From an uncultured Desulfocurvus sp. (GTDB lineage Bacteria > Desulfobacterota > Desulfovibrionia > Desulfovibrionales > Desulfovibrionaceae): DNA of 64,000 nt. A model generated the notes under the pieces. It saw nothing but the letters and a program-made list of their open reading frames with translations, was not told where the DNA came from and searched no databases. Location of the stretch: positions 39,644 to 103,643 of the forward strand of contig CAYUOW010000001.1 of assembly GCA_964446455.1 (NCBI GenBank), read 5' to 3'. Below, in pieces: positions 59,020 to 64,000 of the stretch (position 1 is the stretch's first letter; each line of letters starts with the position of its first letter). Position numbers and translations under genes: made by a program.

Positions 59020-61185
59020 TTACTCCGGTCCTTGCGTTGTTGCGGCCGCGTCAGCCTGGGCGTGGGCTTGCTGCTGGCCGTGCTGGTGCAGGACCGGCAG
59101 CCAGGCCGTGACGCGCGTGCCCTCGCCCACGGCGGACGCGACTTCGATGCCGCCGTGGTGCTGGGCGATGACCTGGCTGGAGATGAACAGGCCGATGCCC
59201 GTGCCCTTGCTGCCCTTGGAGGAGAAGAAGAGGGTGAACATCTTCTCGCGCTCCTCGCGGCTCATGCCCACGCCGGTGTCGGTCACGGTGAACACCACGC
59301 GGGACTGACCATCGCCAGGGCCATCACCGTGTCCCTCGCCGTGCTCCACCGCGCAGCGGAAGGTCAGCTCGCGCGTACGGCCCGTGGTCTCGCTCAGGCA
59401 GGCGTCCACGGCGTTTTCCAGAAAATTCACCAGGGCCGAGGCCAGCGCCGTGTGGTCGGCCTGGAAGTTGCCCTCGGCCAGGTCGAAGTCCCGCGTGAAG
59501 CGGATGTTGTTGGCCGCGGCCTTGGGCTCCACGATCATGGCCAGGTCCTCGGCAAAGGCGCGCACCGGGTGCTCGGAAATGTCCAGGTCGCGGCTCTTGG
59601 CGTAGTAGAGGATGTCCAGCACCATCTTGCGGATGCGCTCCACCCGGTGGCGCACCACCTCCCAGCCGCTCCTGATCTTGGCCACGTCGCCCTTGTTCAG
59701 GCCGGACTCCACGCGGTACATGCCGCCATCGAGCCCCATGACGAGCCCCTTGACCCCGTGGGACATGCTGCCGAGCATCATGCCGAGCGAACTCAAGTGG
59801 TCCTGCAGCTGGCGGATCTGGGTGATGTCCGTGGACACCTCCATGACCTTTTCCACCCGGCCGGCCTCGTCCAGAAGCGGCGCGGTCCAGATGAGCAGGT
59901 TGCGGGCCTGGCCCTGGGCGTCGGTGACCACCGTCTCTGCCTGGTGGCGTTCGCCGTCCTCAAAGGTGGCCATGATGGGGCAGTCCGGGCAGGGCTCGCT
60001 GCTGTGCTTGTAGGCCTCGAAGCAGGGCTGGCCCACGCCCTTGCCCAGCGGGGCGCCGAACTCGCGCAGGAAGGTCTTGTTGGCCTCCACGATGTTCAGG
60101 GTGCGGTCCTGCACGGTGATGGCGCAGGGCACGGCGTCGAAAAGGTCGCGGTAGCGGCGGTGGCTGGCCACCAGCTCCGAGTGCAGGCGCTCCACCTCGG
60201 TCATGTCCACGGCCACCTCGAGCACCATGGCCGTGCCCTTTTCCCCGCCGTTGATGGGCGTGGTGGAGACCAGGGCGTGGAAACGCTGGCCGTCCACGCC
60301 GTAGAGCGTCTCGCGGCTCTGGGTGGGCAGGCCGGTCTTCAGGGTCTGGTCCACCGGGCAGCCCAGGCCGCCGGGGTAGGCGTCGCCGTAGGCCGCGCAC
60401 GATTCGCGCCCCTCGGGTTCGCCCAGGCGTTCGCGGTAGAGGGCGTTGGCGGTGATGACCCGGCCCTCGCGGTTGTGGATGGACACGAAGCAGGGCAAGT
60501 CGCCGAGGGAGCTGCCGCCCCCGGGCTCGCTGGCCACGAAGCGCATGGCCGAGGACAGGCCCTCCACGATCTGCCGGGCGGCCAGCCTGCGCTCCAGCTC
60601 CACCAGGCGGGCGCTTTTCTCGGCCACCAGGCGTTCCAGGTTCTGCGTGTGTTCGCGCACCTGGCGCTTGAGGGCGATGCGCTCCCGCGCCTTGTTCAGG
60701 CTGTGCTCAAGCAGGGCGATGTCGATGGGCTTGGTGATGAAATCCGAGGCGCCGAGCTTGAGGCTCTGGATGGCCAGCTCCATGTCCGCGTGGCCGGAGA
60801 TCATGACCACTTCGGTGTCGGGCAGGTGGCTCTTGATGGCGGCCAAAAGTCCGATGCCGTCGAGCCCGGGCATCTTGATGTCCGTGAGCACGATGGGCGC
60901 TTCCACGGTGCGGAAAAGCGCCAGGGCCTTTTCGCCGTCCGCCGCGGTGAGCACCGCGAAGCCCAGGTCCTCCAGCAGCATGGACAAGAGCTCGCGGATG
61001 TCCGCCTCGTCGTCCACGAGCAGGATGGTCTCGCGGCCCGGTTCCCTGATGTGTTCCCGGACGTGTTCCCGGCCCTGTTCCAGGAAGGGTGCGTGGGCGT
61101 GCGCTGCGGACATGGCTGCGGGCATGGCGGTGGTGGTGGCGCTGGCGGGCGGGGAGGGCGGCGGAAAAATGGGGGGAGGGAACAC
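59020..61185 (-). CDS. Cytoplasmic hybrid kinase (REC-PAS-PAS-HisKA-HATPase)
   Basis: LVDDE...TDIKMP...TKP receiver; SHGVKG H-box; NFLENA, DTGVGM, GTGIGL. Start uncertain. Confidence 0.88.
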   Translation of the reverse strand: MFPPPIFPPPSPPASATTTAMPAAMSAAHAHAPFLEQGREHVREHIREPGRETILLVDDEADIRELLSMLLEDLGFAVLTAADGEKALALFRTVEAPIVLTDIKMPGLDGIGLLAAIKSHLPDTEVVMISGHADMELAIQSLKLGASDFITKPIDIALLEHSLNKARERIALKRQVREHTQNLERLVAEKSARLVELERRLAARQIVEGLSSAMRFVASEPGGGSSLGDLPCFVSIHNREGRVITANALYRERLGEPEGRESCAAYGDAYPGGLGCPVDQTLKTGLPTQSRETLYGVDGQRFHALVSTTPINGGEKGTAMVLEVAVDMTEVERLHSELVASHRRYRDLFDAVPCAITVQDRTLNIVEANKTFLREFGAPLGKGVGQPCFEAYKHSSEPCPDCPIMATFEDGERHQAETVVTDAQGQARNLLIWTAPLLDEAGRVEKVMEVSTDITQIRQLQDHLSSLGMMLGSMSHGVKGLVMGLDGGMYRVESGLNKGDVAKIRSGWEVVRHRVERIRKMVLDILYYAKSRDLDISEHPVRAFAEDLAMIVEPKAAANNIRFTRDFDLAEGNFQADHTALASALVNFLENAVDACLSETTGRTRELTFRCAVEHGEGHGDGPGDGQSRVVFTVTDTGVGMSREEREKMFTLFFSSKGSKGTGIGLFISSQVIAQHHGGIEVASAVGEGTRVTAWLPVLHQHGQQQAHAQADAAATTQGPE

Positions 61186-61215
61186 GGCCTGCCCTCCCGC
61201 CCGCCGGGGCGCTTT

Positions 61216-61569
61216 CTACTTCAGCATGGTTCCGACGAGGGACAGGAGCGCGGCGGGCTCCACCGGCTTCTGCAGCACGGGGATGTCCTTGCTGAGCGCG
61301 GGCGGACGCGGGCCCACGCCGCTGATGACGATGACCGGCGTGTGCTTCAGGGATTCTTCCTTGCGCATGCCGATGTAGAACATGGTGCCGGCCTTTTCGG
61401 GCATGTCCATGTCGAGCGTGATGAGGTCGGGCTTGTAGGCCGCGATCTTCTGCAGGGCCTCGGCTCCGTTGTAGGCCTTCTCGGTGGTGAAGCCGTTGTC
61501 CGTGAAGATTTCGTCCAGGAAGTCGACCACGGCGGGATCATCGTCCACGATAAGGATCTTCTTGCTCAT
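61216..61569 (-). CDS. Single-domain response regulator
   Basis: ILIVDDD, ITLDMDMP, ISG, KP; 117 aa. Confidence 0.92.
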   Translation of the reverse strand: MSKKILIVDDDPAVVDFLDEIFTDNGFTTEKAYNGAEALQKIAAYKPDLITLDMDMPEKAGTMFYIGMRKEESLKHTPVIVISGVGPRPPALSKDIPVLQKPVEPAALLSLVGTMLK

Positions 61570-61733
61570 GGCTGCCTCCTGCCGCGTGTTGCGGCGGGTG
61601 GGGGTTATGCGCGGCCCGGCTCCTTCCTACAGAGTTGGGAGGTGGGCCGCCGGGCCCTTGAAAAAGGGGCCGGGCCGCGCGCGGTGGCTCTGCGCCGGAG
61701 GCGGTGTCGGACGCCTCCGGCCTGGTCTTTTTT

Positions 61734-62384
61734 CTAATCCTTCAGCTTGCCGAGGCTCTTGGTGAACTCGAGCATGACGCCGAGACCCTTGCGGGCTTCC
61801 TTGCTGCTCATGCCGGCCACCAGGCCAAGGGGACCGCACTCCTTGCAGGAGTTCAGGTCCACGTCGCCCATCATGTCGGCCAGCTTTTCCAGCATCTCGC
61901 GCGCCTGCGGCGTGCTGAGCTTCTTGATCAGCCCCAGCATGGAGACGAAGCCGTCGCCCATGACCTCGATGTCCTCGGGCGTGTAGGCCCGGGCCATCTT
62001 GCCACGCACTTCGACCATGGCCTTGTACATGCGGAACACGCCCTTCTGCTCCATCCCGTCCAGGAACTCGATGCCCTTGGGCACGGCCGAGTGCAGCAGG
62101 GGCTCGATGGTGCCCCAGAGGTCGATGATGTTTTCCAGCTGCTCCAGCACGTAGGTGATGTTCTTGATGCTGCGCATGAGGCGCTTGAGCAGCGCGAACA
62201 CGTCTTCCAGCTGGAAGCCCTGCTCCACGTCGCCGAATTCCTTCATCAGGGTCTTGAAGGCGTCGTGCAAGATGGGCGTCAAATCGTGCTTCAGTTCCTG
62301 CCAACCCTGGGAGGCGTCGACCAGCTGCTTCAGCTGCGCCTCCATGCCCTCCAAGCGTTTGAGAACCAGTTCTTCCTGACTCAT
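61734..62384 (-). CDS. DUF1641-family protein (SQR partner)
   Basis: C-terminal G.LGLV..MS.KEARKGLG.MLEF.K.LG; RBS CAGGAG; immediately follows sqr. Confidence 0.8.
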   Translation of the reverse strand: MSQEELVLKRLEGMEAQLKQLVDASQGWQELKHDLTPILHDAFKTLMKEFGDVEQGFQLEDVFALLKRLMRSIKNITYVLEQLENIIDLWGTIEPLLHSAVPKGIEFLDGMEQKGVFRMYKAMVEVRGKMARAYTPEDIEVMGDGFVSMLGLIKKLSTPQAREMLEKLADMMGDVDLNSCKECGPLGLVAGMSSKEARKGLGVMLEFTKSLGKLKD

Positions 62385-62400
62385 GGTGCTCTCCTGCATA

Positions 62401-63639
62401 TTAGGCGTTGGTCAGCTGGTGGCGCATCTTGCCAGCCATGAACATCTGGGATTCCAGCGGCAGCTCGTGGCCCTTCAGCATCAGGTTGAAGTACACCCAC
62501 TTGAACATCATCTTGCCCCAGTAGTTGAAGTGGCTTTCGCCCAGGAGCGAGAAGGGTCCGAGGCCGGGGAAGGGGTACTTACCTTCGAGGGGCTCGACCT
62601 TGTAGTTGAAGTCGATGAGGAAGGCCTGCTCGTAGCCGGACACGATGAAGCAGGTGCTGTGGCCGTCGAAGTCCGGGCGGGGCTCTTCGCCGTCGATCTC
62701 GCGCAGGAGGTTGGCGCAGACGATGTCGGCCTGGTAGTGGGCCACGCTGCCGGCCTTGGAGGTGGGGCAGTTGGTGGCGTCGCCGATGACGTAGCAGTTC
62801 TCGATGTTCTTGGCCTTCAGGGTGTGCTTGTCGGTATCGACGTAGCCCATGGCGTCGCCCAGGTCGGAGTCGATGATGATCTGGGAGCCGAAGTTGGGCG
62901 GAATGGACACGAGCAGATCGTAGTCCACGGTCTCGCCCTTCACGGACTCAATGGTCTTGTCGCCCACGTTGACGGCGGCGATCTCGAAGTTCGGGACGAT
63001 CTTGATGTTCTTCTGCTCGCAGATCTTGTTCAGCACGCTGGCGGCCACGGGCTTGGTGAAGGCGCCGGTGAGCGGGGTCACGAGCTCGATCTCGATGTCC
63101 TTGCGCACGCCGTTGACGGTGAAGAACCAGTCGGCCAGGTACACGAACTCCAGCGGGGCCACCGGGCACTTGATGGGCATTTCGGCGATGTTCAGCACCA
63201 CCTTGCCCTTCTTGTAGTATTTCAGCTTCTTCTGCAGGGCCAGGGCGCCGTCGGGGGTGTAGAAGTCGTGGATGTTGCCGCGCCAGTCGTCCATCATGCC
63301 TTCGATCTCATCGGGCATGATGCGGCAGCCGGTGCCGATGACCAGCCAGTCGTAGTCGTACGCGCCGTTCTCGGTGGTCACGAGCTTCTTGCTGGGGTCG
63401 ATGTTGGTGATGGTGTCCTGCACGAAGGTCACGCCCTCGGGGATGAAGTCCTTCTTGGGCTTCATGCAGTCGTCCATGGAGTAGACGCCGAAGGGCACGA
63501 ACAGCCACCCCGCCTGGTAGTGATGCTTCCAGTCGCGGTCGATGACCGTGATCTTCCAGTCTTCGCCAAGGGATTTGGCCATCTTGGCGGCCACGATGGT
63601 GCCGCCGGCGCCGGAACCGAGAATGAGCAGTTTCTTCAT
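62401..63639 (-). CDS. sqr: Sulfide:quinone oxidoreductase-like FAD protein (type III-like)
   Basis: GSGAGG FAD motif, HHYQ, IKCPVAPLE, IGDA, SKAGS.AH, STCFI: two catalytic Cys. Confidence 0.87.
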   Translation of the reverse strand: MKKLLILGSGAGGTIVAAKMAKSLGEDWKITVIDRDWKHHYQAGWLFVPFGVYSMDDCMKPKKDFIPEGVTFVQDTITNIDPSKKLVTTENGAYDYDWLVIGTGCRIMPDEIEGMMDDWRGNIHDFYTPDGALALQKKLKYYKKGKVVLNIAEMPIKCPVAPLEFVYLADWFFTVNGVRKDIEIELVTPLTGAFTKPVAASVLNKICEQKNIKIVPNFEIAAVNVGDKTIESVKGETVDYDLLVSIPPNFGSQIIIDSDLGDAMGYVDTDKHTLKAKNIENCYVIGDATNCPTSKAGSVAHYQADIVCANLLREIDGEEPRPDFDGHSTCFIVSGYEQAFLIDFNYKVEPLEGKYPFPGLGPFSLLGESHFNYWGKMMFKWVYFNLMLKGHELPLESQMFMAGKMRHQLTNA

Positions 63640-63696
63640 GATCTTCTCCTTTAGGGGTGCATGGAAATTTGAAGCGTCCAATGAAGCATGCTGGGG

Positions 63697-63999
63697 TCAA
63701 ACAAGGCGGGGCCGCCCGGTTGGGCGCGGGGCGGGCAGCCCGCTCCCCGGTTTCCTCCGTCTGGCGAGGCGGCCGCGGCCTTTGGCCTGGACCGGCTCGT
63801 CGAGTTTTTCAGGCGCCAGCTCGGCGCGGGCCGCGCGCGCGGCGCGGTCGGTTCTGGCCTTGCGGCTGGGGCAGGTGTCTGCGGGGCCGTTCATGAAGTC
63901 GGCCAGGGTGGTGGCGCGGAACTTCTTCTCCATGTGCCGGGAGATGTCGATCCACACGCTGCCGGTGGGGCAGCCCTCCATGAGCAGGCAGTCGGCGTC
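63697..63999 (-). CDS. Rrf2-family regulator, C-terminal part (5' outside window)
   Basis: C-x5-C...W...TTLADF is typical of Rrf2/IscR C-termini; the frame is open to the window edge. Confidence 0.65.
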   Translation of the reverse strand, partial: DADCLLMEGCPTGSVWIDISRHMEKKFRATTLADFMNGPADTCPSRKARTDRAARAARAELAPEKLDEPVQAKGRGRLARRRKPGSGLPAPRPTGRPRLV

Positions 64000-64000
64000 G

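Noticed and set aside
61694-61733. GCCGGAGGCG/CGCCTCCGGC hairpin as terminator of sqr-DUF1641
   Set aside because: The T-tract is on the wrong strand for these genes; it may be a stabilising stem or a REP remnant.

Overview
High-GC chromosomal window from a sulfate-reducing deltaproteobacterium. Gene content and order suggest Desulfovibrionaceae (inference). Most of it is core or metabolic: alaS (5' truncated), rplM-rpsI, mdh, corA, ompA-like, hldD-lptD-mutL-alr, rmuC, aor, rnb, a purH-like gene, purA, holB-like and pgm. It also holds a Fur-controlled iron cluster (feoAB, flavodoxin, with a P1B ATPase/MarR unit between them), a pentapeptide-repeat/class I adenylate cyclase fusion, and an Rrf2-sqr-DUF1641 locus followed by a two-component cluster that includes a heme-c sensor kinase. 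Three small accessory cassettes are inserted between housekeeping genes. Two look like orphan toxin-immunity modules: a Tlde1-like L,D-transpeptidase-fold protein plus a secreted partner (26.5-28.1 kb), and a MuF-motif protein plus two paralogous secreted proteins (38.5-40.0 kb). Both putative toxins lack signal peptides, carry phage-head-like N-terminal tags, and share a 13/14-bp promoter motif; this is my best candidate for an undescribed system. Other oddities are a synonymously recoded tandem duplication of a gene's last 12 codons (9904-9977) and a perfect, loopless 48-bp palindrome (28150-28197). No rRNA, tRNA, CRISPR array, integrase or transposase was recognised. All family assignments are by eye from motifs; no searches were run.
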